DNA of 64,000 nt from Gammaproteobacteria bacterium (lineage in GTDB: Bacteria > Pseudomonadota > Gammaproteobacteria > QZLD01): contig QZLE01000140.1 in assembly GCA_004796365.1 (NCBI GenBank), positions 10,932 through 74,931 on the forward strand. Reading direction: 5' to 3'. Below the pieces are notes generated by a model. It was not told the origin of the DNA. It made no database searches and worked only from the letters and a program-made list of their open reading frames with translations. Each line of letters opens with the position of its first letter. Within the stretch, counting starts at the first letter, position 1. The position numbers and the translations under genes are program-made. Below are positions 25,704-36,282 of the stretch, piece by piece.

Positions 25704-26270
25704 ATGGATATTCAGCGGCTTTTAACTAGTTTGGAACCGAGAATAGTTTCTGCCGACACCTTCCCTGCATTTCCTCAAACAACTTACAAACTTGCAGCAG
25801 TACTTATTCCGCTTGTCCGGCGCAAGGATGGCTTGACCATTTTACTTACAAAAAGAAACGAAAACTTGAAGAATCATCCGGGCCAGGTTTGTTTTCCCGG
25901 TGGAAAAGTCGATGGCACTGATGCTTCACCAGCAGCGACAGCTGTAAGGGAGTGCTTTGAGGAGCTTGGATTTGGAGCTGATAAGATCTCAGTGCATGGG
26001 ATGATGCAGCCGATTAAGGTTCCCACTGGGTATATTATTTTGCCAGTTATTGGTGAAGTTGAGCCAGATTATCAGTTAAATCTCCACTATGATGAGGTTG
26101 AGCTTGCTTTTGAAGTGCCTTTTACCCACTTTCTTGAAATTGAAAATTACATTGCCAGGAAGATTCATTACCAAGGAAGAAATCATAGATTTATTGAAAT
26201 AAAGCATGATTCTCACTATATCTGGGGAGCAACTGCCAAAATTTTGAGGAAGCTCTCAAAATTTGCGTGA
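25704..26270 (+). CDS. nudL: CoA pyrophosphatase (NUDIX, NudL-like)
   Basis: LLTKRNENLKNHPGQVCFPGGKVD matches the CoA-pyrophosphatase signature upstream of the Nudix box RECFEELG. Start set at MDIQRLL. Confidence 0.75.
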   Translation: MDIQRLLTSLEPRIVSADTFPAFPQTTYKLAAVLIPLVRRKDGLTILLTKRNENLKNHPGQVCFPGGKVDGTDASPAATAVRECFEELGFGADKISVHGMMQPIKVPTGYIILPVIGEVEPDYQLNLHYDEVELAFEVPFTHFLEIENYIARKIHYQGRNHRFIEIKHDSHYIWGATAKILRKLSKFA

Positions 26271-26337
26271 GCGATACACTGTTAAACTTGTTTTTATCCT
26301 ACATAATGTAAATGTTATAAATCATAATTATAAATTT

Positions 26338-27312
26338 ATGAGTGATCTTGAAGAAAAATTAAGGCGGGTACCAAAAGAACTTTTCCTTCATTTGGGTGAT
26401 GATGGTGGTGCTGTAGGTATTGATGTTTTTTCTTCAAGAGTTGATGAAACTGGGAATTTTGTTAAGGAAGATCAAATAGCAGAACCAAATACTGCTTTCA
26501 GTAACCTGATCGAACAGTTGCACGAGTATCAGGGCCGGGACGTCTTAATCAAAGATCATTGCTATAAGCAGCTTCAAAAGGTATTGGAGTCATCTGTTAC
26601 CCAGGTTATAAAGTCTGAAGAGACTCCTGTTGAAGCAAAGTCAAAGTTAATATATGGATGTGCTGCAAATGTAATGGAGGATGTTTTTGCAGATCCAAGA
26701 AGTGGCGAAAACATAAACCGGACAAGGAAAATCAGCTGTAATATCATTGATTTTGCTCTGCAGAGCGATGCATCAATTCCTTCTTTATTGGCTCTTGGTT
26801 CTCATGATTATTACACTTTTACTCACTGTATCAATGTTACTGTATTTGGTATTGGGCTTTGGAGCCTTATAGTTGATGGTCCTCTTGAGGACCTTATCGA
26901 ATTTGCAATGGGGTGCATGTTTCACGATATAGGTAAAACTAAAATAAGCAACGATATTTTGAATAAACCAGGAAAGCTTACTGAAGAAGAGTTTGACGAG
27001 ATAAAAAATCATCCTCGTTATGGGTATTTTTTGATGAAGGATTATCTGTCTCGTGATTCTCTGGATGTAATCTTGCATCATCATGAAAGAATAGATGGTT
27101 CAGGTTACCCGGATGGCCTTTCAGGTAAAATGATCTCAGATAATGCCAAAATCGCGCTCATTGCTGATATCTATGACGCATTAACAACAAAACGTTCATA
27201 TTCAGCTGCCCAAAATCCATTTAATGCAGTATTGATGATGAAAGAAGAGATGGGGGGGTTCTATGAGAAGGATAAATTCGTTCAGTTTATTAAGATGCTT
27301 GGGTCTTACTAG
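26338..27312 (+). CDS. HD-GYP domain protein (c-di-GMP phosphodiesterase family)
   Basis: HDIGK and HHERIDGSGYPDGL motifs. Start set at MSDLEEKL. Confidence 0.85.
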   Translation: MSDLEEKLRRVPKELFLHLGDDGGAVGIDVFSSRVDETGNFVKEDQIAEPNTAFSNLIEQLHEYQGRDVLIKDHCYKQLQKVLESSVTQVIKSEETPVEAKSKLIYGCAANVMEDVFADPRSGENINRTRKISCNIIDFALQSDASIPSLLALGSHDYYTFTHCINVTVFGIGLWSLIVDGPLEDLIEFAMGCMFHDIGKTKISNDILNKPGKLTEEEFDEIKNHPRYGYFLMKDYLSRDSLDVILHHHERIDGSGYPDGLSGKMISDNAKIALIADIYDALTTKRSYSAAQNPFNAVLMMKEEMGGFYEKDKFVQFIKMLGSY

Positions 27313-27461
27313 TTAAACTCTATAAATTGTCTAACTTTTTCATTTTTGTTCAGGTAGCGTTCAGCTACACAGGAGTAATATAAGAGTTAAGAAATGAGGG
27401 AAAAGCCTCAAACGTTTAACAAACTACTCTTTTACTGGAACTTAACTGGGAGGAATCGAAA

Positions 27462-27983
27462 ATGAAAAGGTTAACACAAATTATTGGTACAGTTATTTGC
27501 GCAGCTTCAATGGTATTTTCAATGGCTGCATATGCCGGGCATTATGATTATGCAAAGGTATTAAGGGCAAAACCAATATATAAAACTATTAGAGTATCCG
27601 CGCCACAACAAGAGTGCTGGGATGAGCAAGTTACTCATCATCAAGCTTCTAATGACAATGTTGGTGGTATGATCCTAGGTGGGATTATTGGTGGTGCAAT
27701 AGGTAATCGTTTTGGAAAAGGCAATGGTAATAAGGCTGCAATTGCAGCGGGAACATTGCTTGGTGCTGGCATTGGTCAGAATATGAGTCGCAATAACCCT
27801 AGAATGCCAACATACACAACCACAGAACAACGTTGCCGAACTGTTAATCATTATCACGAGGAAGAGAGAATTGATGGTTATAAGGTGAAATATATGTATA
27901 AGGGACAGATTTATCACACTGTTACCGATTCTCATCCTGGAAAAAGATTAAGAGTGAAGGTTACTGTAACACCAGCTTTTTAA
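27462..27983 (+). CDS. Glycine-zipper 2TM domain outer-membrane/secreted protein (YcfJ-like)
   Basis: Signal peptide ...SMAAYAG and glycine zipper GGMILGGIIGGAIGNRFG...AAGTLLGAGIG. Confidence 0.75.
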   Translation: MKRLTQIIGTVICAASMVFSMAAYAGHYDYAKVLRAKPIYKTIRVSAPQQECWDEQVTHHQASNDNVGGMILGGIIGGAIGNRFGKGNGNKAAIAAGTLLGAGIGQNMSRNNPRMPTYTTTEQRCRTVNHYHEEERIDGYKVKYMYKGQIYHTVTDSHPGKRLRVKVTVTPAF

Positions 27984-28005
27984 TATATACTTGAAAGTGA
28001 AAGCC

Positions 28006-28035
28006 GGAGGATGTCTTAGCAGATATCCTCCTTTC
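28006..28035 (+). terminator. Rho-independent terminator
   Basis: GGAGGATGTCT-TAGC-AGATATCCTCC (11-bp stem including one G-U pair) followed by TTTCATT. Confidence 0.7.
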
Positions 28036-28065
28036 ATTGCTTGCAGGATAAACAGGAATAGAAAG

Positions 28066-28320
28066 ATGAACCAGTTCGCCCGAATTTTAACTTTTACTTT
28101 TTTTATATCATGCATCGCCATGCCCGTTTATGCTGCAAAAAGTGGTAAACCGGTTTCTCTTGATCAGGCCGTAGTTCTGGTCAAAAAGGAAACTGGTGCC
28201 AAGGTTCTTTCCGCTAAAGAAGTCAGCAAGGAAGGCAAACAGTATTATTTGATAAAGACAATAGATAACGGCCGAGTGCGTTTGCTGAGGATTGATCCTA
28301 AAACAGGTGAGCAGTATTAG
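28066..28320 (+). CDS. Small secreted PepSY-domain protein
   Basis: Start at MNQFARIL (AGGAA RBS) and signal peptide ...AMPVYAA. PepSY-like VLSAKEVSKEGKQYYLIKTIDNGRVRLLRIDPKTGE. Sits immediately upstream of the two-component system. Confidence 0.7.
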   Translation: MNQFARILTFTFFISCIAMPVYAAKSGKPVSLDQAVVLVKKETGAKVLSAKEVSKEGKQYYLIKTIDNGRVRLLRIDPKTGEQY

Positions 28321-28342
28321 AAAGGATAATGGATAAAACTAG

Positions 28343-29050
28343 ATGCGAGTACTGATTGTAGAGGATGAACAGCATATCCTGAATATGCTTGCTGAAAAAC
28401 TTAGGGGCGAAGGTTATGCGGTTGATTGCGCCCAGGATGGTGAAGAAGGTTATTACTTAGCATCTGAATACCCAATTGATATTGCGGTTATTGACATTGG
28501 TCTGCCTAAAATGACGGGTATTGAGATAATTAAAAAGGTTAGGGCAGAAGGAAAGAGTTTTCCGGTTTTGATTCTAACAGCCAGAGGAAAATGGCAGGAC
28601 AAGGTTGAAGGGCTGGATGCTGGCGCAGATGATTATCTGGTAAAACCATTTGCGGTTGAGGAACTAATGGCTCGCCTCAATGCTTTATTGAGAAGGTCCA
28701 AAGGCTTTGCGACCTCTACTGTCGACTTTGGCCCGTTGTCACTAGACACTAAGGCACAGACGGTAAATGTCAATGGAGTGGCGCTGGATATCACCGCCTA
28801 TGAATACAAGGTTATGGAATACCTAATGCTACATCCGAGCGAGGTGGTTTCAAAAACCGTGCTAACAGATCATATTTATGAGCAGGATTATGACCGAGAT
28901 TCCAATGTGATTGAGGTATTTATCGGTCGTTTGCGCAAAAAAATTGATCCGAAAAACACCATAAAGCCAATAGAAACGCTTAGAGGGAGAGGGTACCGTT
29001 TAAATACTACAGCCCTCGAGGCTATGGCAAGCAGCGGAGAATCGGCTTAG
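28343..29050 (+). CDS. OmpR/PhoP-family response regulator
   Basis: REC domain with IAVIDIGLPKMTG and a winged-helix C-terminus (IETLRGRGYRL). Confidence 0.9.
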   Translation: MRVLIVEDEQHILNMLAEKLRGEGYAVDCAQDGEEGYYLASEYPIDIAVIDIGLPKMTGIEIIKKVRAEGKSFPVLILTARGKWQDKVEGLDAGADDYLVKPFAVEELMARLNALLRRSKGFATSTVDFGPLSLDTKAQTVNVNGVALDITAYEYKVMEYLMLHPSEVVSKTVLTDHIYEQDYDRDSNVIEVFIGRLRKKIDPKNTIKPIETLRGRGYRLNTTALEAMASSGESA

Positions 29051-30391
29051 ATGTATTCAATCAAAAGGCGTCTTTTATCTCTTGGTTCTTTTATTATTGT
29101 TATTTTCTTATTGATAACTGCTTTTACACTGGAAAAGGCTTTTCGTTCTGTCGCCGAGCAGGCACGCAACGAACGCCTGCATGCTAATGTGTTTACAATT
29201 CTTGCAGCAGCTGAGCTGGAAGAAGGCAAATTACAGATTCCGGAGATTTTACCAGAGCAAAAACTGATGTTGCCTGATTCTGGGCTATTTGCCTATGTGA
29301 TTGATGAACACAACAAATTGGTTTGGAGCTCTCAGTCATCACTAGGGAGTGAAACGCCTGAAATTATATTTATGCACCCTGGTCAGGAATCTTACTCTGA
29401 AATCTCCACTCCGTTGCAAATGAAGATGCTTCAGTTTGGTGTTGCCTGGCAGTCCTATGATCAAAAAGAATATAAATTCACTATCACTGTTGTTGAAGAT
29501 AGTATTGGATTCAATGAGCAGATAGCCTCCTATCGAGAAAATCTTTATGGCTGGTTAGCTGCCTTGGGGATTGCGCTGGTGTTGGTGCAGATTTTTATAT
29601 TGCGTTGGGGGCTGCATCCGCTGTCCAGAGTAGAGGTTGACATTCGAAATATTGAAGCTGGAAAAACAGAAAGGCTTTCAGGAAAATATCCTAAAGAAAT
29701 ATCTGGTATCACTACCAATCTCAATATTCTAGTTGAGAACGAACGTAAACGCCTAGCACAATACCGAGATACACTAGCTAATCTGGCGCACAGCCTTAAG
29801 ACACCTTTAGCAGTATTAAGAAGCGAGGTTGAGCAGTCTGGTTTGAATCATTCGATGCTGGAACAAGTTGATAGAATAGACTCAATGGTGGAGTACCAAC
29901 TATCCCGTGCGGCCCTTTCGGGGCGTATTACCTATACAACAGCCATAAAAGTGTTACCAATAGCAATTAAACTTATTTCCGCGCTGGACAAAGTATTTGT
30001 TGAAAAAGGGATTCGTGGCAAGTTGACCTGTTCCGCAGATGTCGAAATCAATGCCGTTGAAGGCGATGTTATGGAGATTCTTGGTAACCTGCTCGATAAT
30101 GCCTATAAATGGGCCGAATCTTCAGTGTGGCTTAATATTGAGCAACTTATTCATGATGAGTGTCGTGTCAAAGGGGCCAAAATAGTCGTTGAAGATGATG
30201 GCCCTGGGATAGATCCTGCAGCAATTGATCGTGTACTTATACGCGGGGGAAGAGAAGATACTACTACTCCCGGTCATGGAATCGGTCTTGCTGTTGTCAA
30301 GGATCTGATTGATTCTTATCTAGGAACGCTAGATATCGACAATGGAAGACAAGGTGGTGCTCTGATTACCATCGAAATTCCGCCTCGTTAA
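29051..30391 (+). CDS. PhoQ-like sensor histidine kinase
   Basis: Two TM segments flank a periplasmic domain. H box LANLAHSLKTPLAVL resembles PhoQ. N box LLDNAYKW, G1 DDGPGI, G2 GHGIGLAV. Its start directly abuts the regulator's stop codon (29048-29050). Confidence 0.85.
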   Translation: MYSIKRRLLSLGSFIIVIFLLITAFTLEKAFRSVAEQARNERLHANVFTILAAAELEEGKLQIPEILPEQKLMLPDSGLFAYVIDEHNKLVWSSQSSLGSETPEIIFMHPGQESYSEISTPLQMKMLQFGVAWQSYDQKEYKFTITVVEDSIGFNEQIASYRENLYGWLAALGIALVLVQIFILRWGLHPLSRVEVDIRNIEAGKTERLSGKYPKEISGITTNLNILVENERKRLAQYRDTLANLAHSLKTPLAVLRSEVEQSGLNHSMLEQVDRIDSMVEYQLSRAALSGRITYTTAIKVLPIAIKLISALDKVFVEKGIRGKLTCSADVEINAVEGDVMEILGNLLDNAYKWAESSVWLNIEQLIHDECRVKGAKIVVEDDGPGIDPAAIDRVLIRGGREDTTTPGHGIGLAVVKDLIDSYLGTLDIDNGRQGGALITIEIPPR

Positions 30392-30419
30392 ATTAGTCTG
30401 TATTAATGGTGATGTAAAA

Positions 30420-31232
30420 ATGGGTGATATAAATAAGTTATTGCAAATTATGGAAAAATTACGCCATCCTGAAGATGGTTGTCCATGGGATCGGGAACAG
30501 ACCTTTACAACGATTGCACCTTATACCATCGAGGAGTCTTACGAGGTTGCCGATGCTATACACCGTAATGATATTCAAGAGCTAAAATATGAATTAGGTG
30601 ATTTATTGTTTCAGGTTGTGTTTCACTCACAAATGGCGAGTGAGCTGGATCATTTTACTTTTAATGACGTTGTAGCCGCAGTTTGCGAGAAGATGGAGCG
30701 TAGGCATCCACATGTTTTTTCCGATGCCAAGGTTGAATCAGCCGAAGCTCAAACCAAGGCTTGGGAAGAGATAAAGGCCCAAGAGCGTAAGCAAAAAGGA
30801 AAAGATGAGCTAAAAAATAAGGGTTCTCACCAAACCGAGAGTATACTTGACGGTATATCCATGCGCATGCCGGCTCTGACACGCGCGGTAAAACTGCAAA
30901 AACGAGCTGCAAATGTTGGGTTTGATTGGCCAGATCATGTTGGTGTTATTGAAAAGGTCAAAGAAGAATTGGATGAAGTAATCCAGGAAATTGAAAATAA
31001 TCATTTTGAAAATCTAAATCGCGAAATTGGTGATCTGCTTTTTGTAATAGCCAATCTTGCGCGGCGATTTAATGTTGACCCTGAATCTGCTGTTACTAGT
31101 ACCAATGCCAAGTTTGAAAAAAGATTCAGAGTGATAGAGCAGGAGCTGAATAGATTGAACAAAGATTTTGCTCAGACAGATCTGAAAGAGATGGATGATT
31201 TATGGAATAAGGCTAAGGAAGAGCATTTTTGA
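30420..31232 (+). CDS. mazG: Nucleoside triphosphate pyrophosphohydrolase MazG
   Basis: 270 aa with tandem MazG domains (EESYEVADAI; EELDEVIQEI, IGDLLF). Confidence 0.9.
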   Translation: MGDINKLLQIMEKLRHPEDGCPWDREQTFTTIAPYTIEESYEVADAIHRNDIQELKYELGDLLFQVVFHSQMASELDHFTFNDVVAAVCEKMERRHPHVFSDAKVESAEAQTKAWEEIKAQERKQKGKDELKNKGSHQTESILDGISMRMPALTRAVKLQKRAANVGFDWPDHVGVIEKVKEELDEVIQEIENNHFENLNREIGDLLFVIANLARRFNVDPESAVTSTNAKFEKRFRVIEQELNRLNKDFAQTDLKEMDDLWNKAKEEHF

Positions 31233-31336
31233 TGCGTAAAAATTCTCTAGCATCACTAGCGCCAATTATATAAAATTCGCTTACCGTTACTTGGAAAGTC
31301 TTTACCTAGACTATATTTACTTGATAAGGCTGTGCA

Positions 31337-31768
31337 ATGTCTGTAGAAAATATCGTTGTTTTTAATAAAAGCTGCAAACTGTCACCGCAGCTTCTTGTAG
31401 AAAAAATGCAAGGGGCGGGATTTGATGTAGAGCTCAATGGTGAGTTTGATTTTGATGATTTTGAAGGTTATGCAGCATTTAAACTAGATGGTGTAGAAAC
31501 CGGCTTCGAGCTTTATATTGGTGAGCTGGATGATGAATTCTTCGAGCCTGAAGATCAAAAATACGTTGGTGAGCGAACCCAAGCAGCTGTATTTGTTACC
31601 TACACTGATTATCGTGAATACAAATGTTCTTTAATTGCGTCGGCAGCTATGGCTGAATTAACTGATGGCCTTTTTCTTGAAGGTGGTGAGCCGCCAATTA
31701 TCTATCCTAATGAAGCAATGCAGTGGATAAAAGATTGTATGCCAGAAATTGAAGATAAGATTAAGTAA
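31337..31768 (+). CDS. Hypothetical acidic protein
   Basis: 143-aa ORF, strongly acidic (runs of D/E/F). I recognise no motif. Confidence 0.5.
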   Translation: MSVENIVVFNKSCKLSPQLLVEKMQGAGFDVELNGEFDFDDFEGYAAFKLDGVETGFELYIGELDDEFFEPEDQKYVGERTQAAVFVTYTDYREYKCSLIASAAMAELTDGLFLEGGEPPIIYPNEAMQWIKDCMPEIEDKIK

Positions 31769-31778
31769 CACTTAAATA

Positions 31779-32858
31779 ATGAATATTGATATCAATTCTG
31801 ACACACCAAAGCTCAACCTTTTAGGATTAGATAAGCAACAAATTGATGACTTATTGGGGGAGTTAGGTGAAAAACCATTTCGAACTGTTCAACTGATGAA
31901 ATGGATATACCACCGCTCAGTTCTTAGTTTTGATCAAATGACTGATATCAGCAAAAAGTCACGCGAACTACTGGCGAAGATTTCTTTTATAGAACTACCT
32001 GTAATTAAAGCTACTCAGATATCAAGTGACGGCACAATAAAATGGCTGCTTGAATTTCATGACCATCAAACTATAGAGATGGTATATATCCCAACAGAGG
32101 ATCGCGGAACTTTATGCGTTTCTACTCAAGTGGGTTGCTCTTTAGGTTGTAAATTCTGCGCAACAGCAACCCTGGGGCTTACTAGAAACTTAACTGCAGC
32201 TGAAATTGTTGGGCAGGTGTTTCTGGCAAGGCAGGAAACCATAAAGGTGCTAGAGCGCGAGAATCCTATTACCAATATTGTATTGATGGGTATGGGAGAG
32301 CCATTGCTCAACTTTAATAATTCCATTGCCGCTACAAATATAATGATGGATGATTTAGGTTTTAATATCTCTAAACGCAGAGTAACTATAAGCACTGCAG
32401 GTATAGTACCGGCGATAAACAAGATGAAACCGCTAACAGATGTCAGTTTGGCAGTTTCATTGCACGCTGCCAATAATAGAACTCGCGATAAGATATTGCC
32501 GATAAATAAGAAATATCCGCTTGAGCAACTAATCCCGGCTTGTAAAGACTATATAAAAGGAAGTACTCATCGAACAATAACCTGGGAGTATGTGATGCTC
32601 AATGGGATTAATGATTCGGATGAAGATGCAAAACAGCTGGTATCATTAATAAAATATGTACCATCTAAAATAAATCTGATACCGTTTAATACCTTCATAG
32701 GGTGCGATTATAAGTGCTCAAGTGATTCAAGGATTGAAAGGTTTGCAAACATAATTCTTGAAGCGGGAATTACTGTTACAATGAGAAAATCACGCGGTGA
32801 TGATATTGATGCCGCATGTGGACAGCTTGCAGGAAAATCAGACAAGGAAAACATATAG
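31779..32858 (+). CDS. rlmN: Dual-specificity RNA methyltransferase RlmN (radical SAM)
   Basis: CSLGCKFCAT radical-SAM cluster, GMGEPLLN, and a C-terminal catalytic Cys (IDAACGQL). Confidence 0.95.
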   Translation: MNIDINSDTPKLNLLGLDKQQIDDLLGELGEKPFRTVQLMKWIYHRSVLSFDQMTDISKKSRELLAKISFIELPVIKATQISSDGTIKWLLEFHDHQTIEMVYIPTEDRGTLCVSTQVGCSLGCKFCATATLGLTRNLTAAEIVGQVFLARQETIKVLERENPITNIVLMGMGEPLLNFNNSIAATNIMMDDLGFNISKRRVTISTAGIVPAINKMKPLTDVSLAVSLHAANNRTRDKILPINKKYPLEQLIPACKDYIKGSTHRTITWEYVMLNGINDSDEDAKQLVSLIKYVPSKINLIPFNTFIGCDYKCSSDSRIERFANIILEAGITVTMRKSRGDDIDAACGQLAGKSDKENI

Positions 32859-32868
32859 CAGGGTTAAT

Positions 32869-33774
32869 ATGAGCATATTAAGGCATATATCGTTGGCGTT
32901 TTTATTTTTGACATTAATTTCTTGTGGTTCAGATGAAGTTAAGCCTGATACAACCGACACAAAGCCAATTAAGCTAGAATACAAAAATAACAATGAGCAA
33001 AATCAGGCGGTACTAAATGATAATCAAGGCTCAAAAGAGCAGGGTATTTCAGAAACGGAGCGTTTGCAAAGGGCTGCAGAAATAAATGCAGAACTTGGTA
33101 TAGCCTATCTGCAACGGGGTGATATTGAAAAAGCTGATCTAAAACTAGCTAAAGCATACAGGCAAAACAATGAGTCAGTTGCAGTTAATCTTGGGCTTGC
33201 CCTTTTAAATGAGAAGCTGCAGTATAACGATAAGGCTGAAAAGTACTTTTTAGAGGCAGTTAGACTAGAAGGTAGGGAGAGAGCAGCCTCAGCTCATAAT
33301 AACTATGCAAGGTTTCTTTGTACTCAGGGGCGCTACAAACAGTCTGAACAGTTCTTTAAGATAGCATTTGCAAATAAACTATATCAACAGCGTGAGATAT
33401 CCTATACCAATGCCGGGTATTGTGCCTTTTTAGCCAAAGAATATGATAAGGCTGTTGAATATTACAGACAAGCACTAAGCAATAATAAGATTTATGCGCC
33501 AGCATTGTTAAATATGGCAAAACTTTTTATAGCTAAAGATCAGATGCCATTAGCTAAAGCCTACATGGACAGGTATAAGATAGTCGGTGCAAAAACTCCT
33601 GATTCTATACTTATTGCTTATAAAATTGAAAAAGGACTGGGCAATACAGCTGAAGCTACTACACTATTTAATGTATTAAAAATTAATTACCCCGATGCTA
33701 AACAAACACATGAAGCATACATGGTTGAGTTTAGTAAAAAAGATAAAACGGCAGATAATAAGAAAAATGAATAA
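32869..33774 (+). CDS. pilW: Type IV pilus biogenesis/stability lipoprotein PilW (TPR)
   Basis: Start at MSILRHI, lipobox LISCG and TPR repeats. Conserved position between rlmN and rodZ. Confidence 0.8.
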   Translation: MSILRHISLAFLFLTLISCGSDEVKPDTTDTKPIKLEYKNNNEQNQAVLNDNQGSKEQGISETERLQRAAEINAELGIAYLQRGDIEKADLKLAKAYRQNNESVAVNLGLALLNEKLQYNDKAEKYFLEAVRLEGRERAASAHNNYARFLCTQGRYKQSEQFFKIAFANKLYQQREISYTNAGYCAFLAKEYDKAVEYYRQALSNNKIYAPALLNMAKLFIAKDQMPLAKAYMDRYKIVGAKTPDSILIAYKIEKGLGNTAEATTLFNVLKINYPDAKQTHEAYMVEFSKKDKTADNKKNE

Positions 33775-34864
33775 TCAGGAACAGAATAATAACGAACAAT
33801 ATGTTTCGGTTTCTCTTGAGTATGGTCCCGGACAGACATTAGCTGACGGTCGTGAAGCAAGAGGGATGACAATTGCAGATGTTGCTTCTCACCTGAATGT
33901 TACTGAAAATATTGTTAATGGACTGGAAAGGGATGATTATAACAATCTACCTCCAGCTATCTATACAAGAGGATATCTGCGTAACTATGCAAACCTTTTG
34001 GATATTGATCCAGAGCCACTCCTTGAAAGGCAAAAACAGTTAACTTCAATAGGTGATGAGGATGAAGCTGTTACCAGACCCGCAGCAATACATGCTGAAA
34101 CTAGTGGTCGAATGATAGATAAAAGCCAATTTAGAAGAAAGAAAGATCGCTCGATAAATCTATTTATTATTCTGCTGCTGATAATGATTGTTGGGATTGG
34201 ATATGGAATTTTTACCTTTATGACTAAAGACCCTAGCTATCCTTCAAGTTCTGCCTCGGGCCAGAATAGTGATCAAAACGAAGCTATTGATACTTCCGGC
34301 CCAGATGTAAAGGACGCGATCTCCATTCCTCAAGGGACAGGTGCGCAGGAGCTATCCATACCAATCGAAGATAATGCAGATTCTGATGCAGAGCAAGAGC
34401 AGCTTCAAAAACCACAAACACTGTCCTTAGCTCTGCCAGATCAATTGTCAGAAGAGGTTGAGAGGCAAATCGATTCAAGTTTGATAGATCAAGAACAAAA
34501 TCAGCAGCAAGTGCAAATAGAAGCAATCACACCGGTTCAGTTTGACGAAAGTTCAGCAGAACAGGAAGTAGTTATTGAGCAAGAGTCACAAGTTGAAAGT
34601 GCTGTTTCCGAACAGCGCACAACTGATATTAGTGATCTAAAACTGTTTGTGGCTCATGACAGTTATATTGAAATTACAGACGCAACTGGTAAAAGATTCT
34701 TATTCAGGGTCTTGCCAGGTGGAACCATAAAAGAGATTAGTGGAAAAAGACCATTTAAAGTCGTTCTTGGTAATGCTGGTGCAGTCAAACTGGAATATAA
34801 TGGTGAACCTTATGATTTTGGTGATTATAGCCTTGGGAAAGTGGCCAGATTTTCGTTACAATAG
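33767..34864 (+). CDS. rodZ: Cytoskeleton protein RodZ
   Basis: XRE HTH GMTIADVASHLNVTENIVNGLE, basic juxtamembrane segment plus TM (INLFIILLLIMIVGIGYGIF), Q/E-rich linker and a C-terminal DUF4115-like beta domain. 8-nt overlap with pilW. Confidence 0.85.
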   Translation: MNNQEQNNNEQYVSVSLEYGPGQTLADGREARGMTIADVASHLNVTENIVNGLERDDYNNLPPAIYTRGYLRNYANLLDIDPEPLLERQKQLTSIGDEDEAVTRPAAIHAETSGRMIDKSQFRRKKDRSINLFIILLLIMIVGIGYGIFTFMTKDPSYPSSSASGQNSDQNEAIDTSGPDVKDAISIPQGTGAQELSIPIEDNADSDAEQEQLQKPQTLSLALPDQLSEEVERQIDSSLIDQEQNQQQVQIEAITPVQFDESSAEQEVVIEQESQVESAVSEQRTTDISDLKLFVAHDSYIEITDATGKRFLFRVLPGGTIKEISGKRPFKVVLGNAGAVKLEYNGEPYDFGDYSLGKVARFSLQ

Positions 34865-34942
34865 CCAATCTTTATATTCTAGGGTGAATGTAAATCTTAC
34901 TAGTTTAGATTATGCGATTAATTACACAGTTTTGAGGTTCTC

Positions 34943-36211
34943 TTGAGTAAGAAAATTCAAGCAATACGCGGGATGAACGATACTCTTCCTGACGTAACTC
35001 ATATTTGGCACTTTTTGGAAGATAAATTTAAATCTGTATTAAACAGTTACGGATACAATGAGATTCGTATGCCAATTGTTGAAAAGACAGAGTTATTCTG
35101 TAGGTCTATTGGTGAAGTAACCGATATTGTTGAAAAAGAAATGTACACCTTTGACGATAGAAATGGTGATAGCCTTACATTGAGACCAGAGGGTACAGCA
35201 GGTTGTGTTCGTGCCTGCATAGAACACGGTTTGCTTCATAATCAGCAACAAAGATTATGGTATGCGGGGCAAATGTTTCGTCATGAACGACCGCAAAAGG
35301 GTAGATATCGCCAGTTTAATCAAATTGGTGTAGAAGCATTTGGAATAAGTGGTCCTGATATTGATGCCGAAGTTATACTGCTCTCAGCAAGGTTTTGGAA
35401 GGCGCTTGGAATAGAAGGTCTAGAGCTGCAACTAAATTCTTTGGGAACTAATGAGGCCCGCACGAATTACCGTAATGTCCTTGTAGAATATTTCTCTGAA
35501 AGTAAAGACAAGCTTGATGAAGACAGTTTAAGGCGTCTGGATACAAACCCCTTACGCATACTCGATACCAAAAATCCAGAAATGAAGGATCTGGTAGCTA
35601 ATGCGCCCGTACTTACTGATCACCTGGATCAGGAGTCAAAAGATCATTTTGAACAGCTGCTTAGCATACTTGATGAAAATTGTATTAAATACGTTTTGAA
35701 CCCCCGTTTGGTGCGCGGCCTGGACTATTACAACCGAACCGTCTTTGAGTGGGTAACTACTAAGCTTGGAGCTCAAGGAACAGTTTGTGCCGGAGGGCGT
35801 TATGATGGCCTTGTTGAACAAATAGGCGGTAAGGCAACTCCAGCTGTTGGATTTGCTTTGGGGGTTGAGCGCATAATTGCAATGTTAGAAGAACTTCAGA
35901 TATCAGTACCCGCCCCTGTTCCAGATGTTTATGTCATTGCAGCTGGAGAGAAAGCGCAACCACATGCCATCTATCTTGCGGAGAAATTACGTGAAGAAGT
36001 TCATGACATAAAGGTGGTAACCAATGCCGGTGGCGGAAGTTTTAAATCACAGTTTAAAAAAGCCAATAAAATTGGTGCAAAGTTCGCTATAATCATCGGT
36101 GATAACGAACTTGAGCATGGAATATATGGGGTCAAACCATTGCTGGATGACTCCGAACAAGTCGAATGTACGCTTGAACAGTTGCTTGAAAAGATGCAGC
36201 ACGTTGTTTAA
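34943..36211 (+). CDS. hisS: Histidine--tRNA ligase
   Basis: TTG start giving [16 protein letters not shown], class II motifs ([22 protein letters not shown]) and an anticodon-binding C-terminus. Confidence 0.95.
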   Translation: MSKKIQAIRGMNDTLPDVTHIWHFLEDKFKSVLNSYGYNEIRMPIVEKTELFCRSIGEVTDIVEKEMYTFDDRNGDSLTLRPEGTAGCVRACIEHGLLHNQQQRLWYAGQMFRHERPQKGRYRQFNQIGVEAFGISGPDIDAEVILLSARFWKALGIEGLELQLNSLGTNEARTNYRNVLVEYFSESKDKLDEDSLRRLDTNPLRILDTKNPEMKDLVANAPVLTDHLDQESKDHFEQLLSILDENCIKYVLNPRLVRGLDYYNRTVFEWVTTKLGAQGTVCAGGRYDGLVEQIGGKATPAVGFALGVERIIAMLEELQISVPAPVPDVYVIAAGEKAQPHAIYLAEKLREEVHDIKVVTNAGGGSFKSQFKKANKIGAKFAIIIGDNELEHGIYGVKPLLDDSEQVECTLEQLLEKMQHVV

Positions 36212-36282
36212 ACAGCAAATTGTTGAAGCATTAGATGAAAAATAGTTAAATCAGGAAATTAGTAATATTTAAGGAGTCAGTA

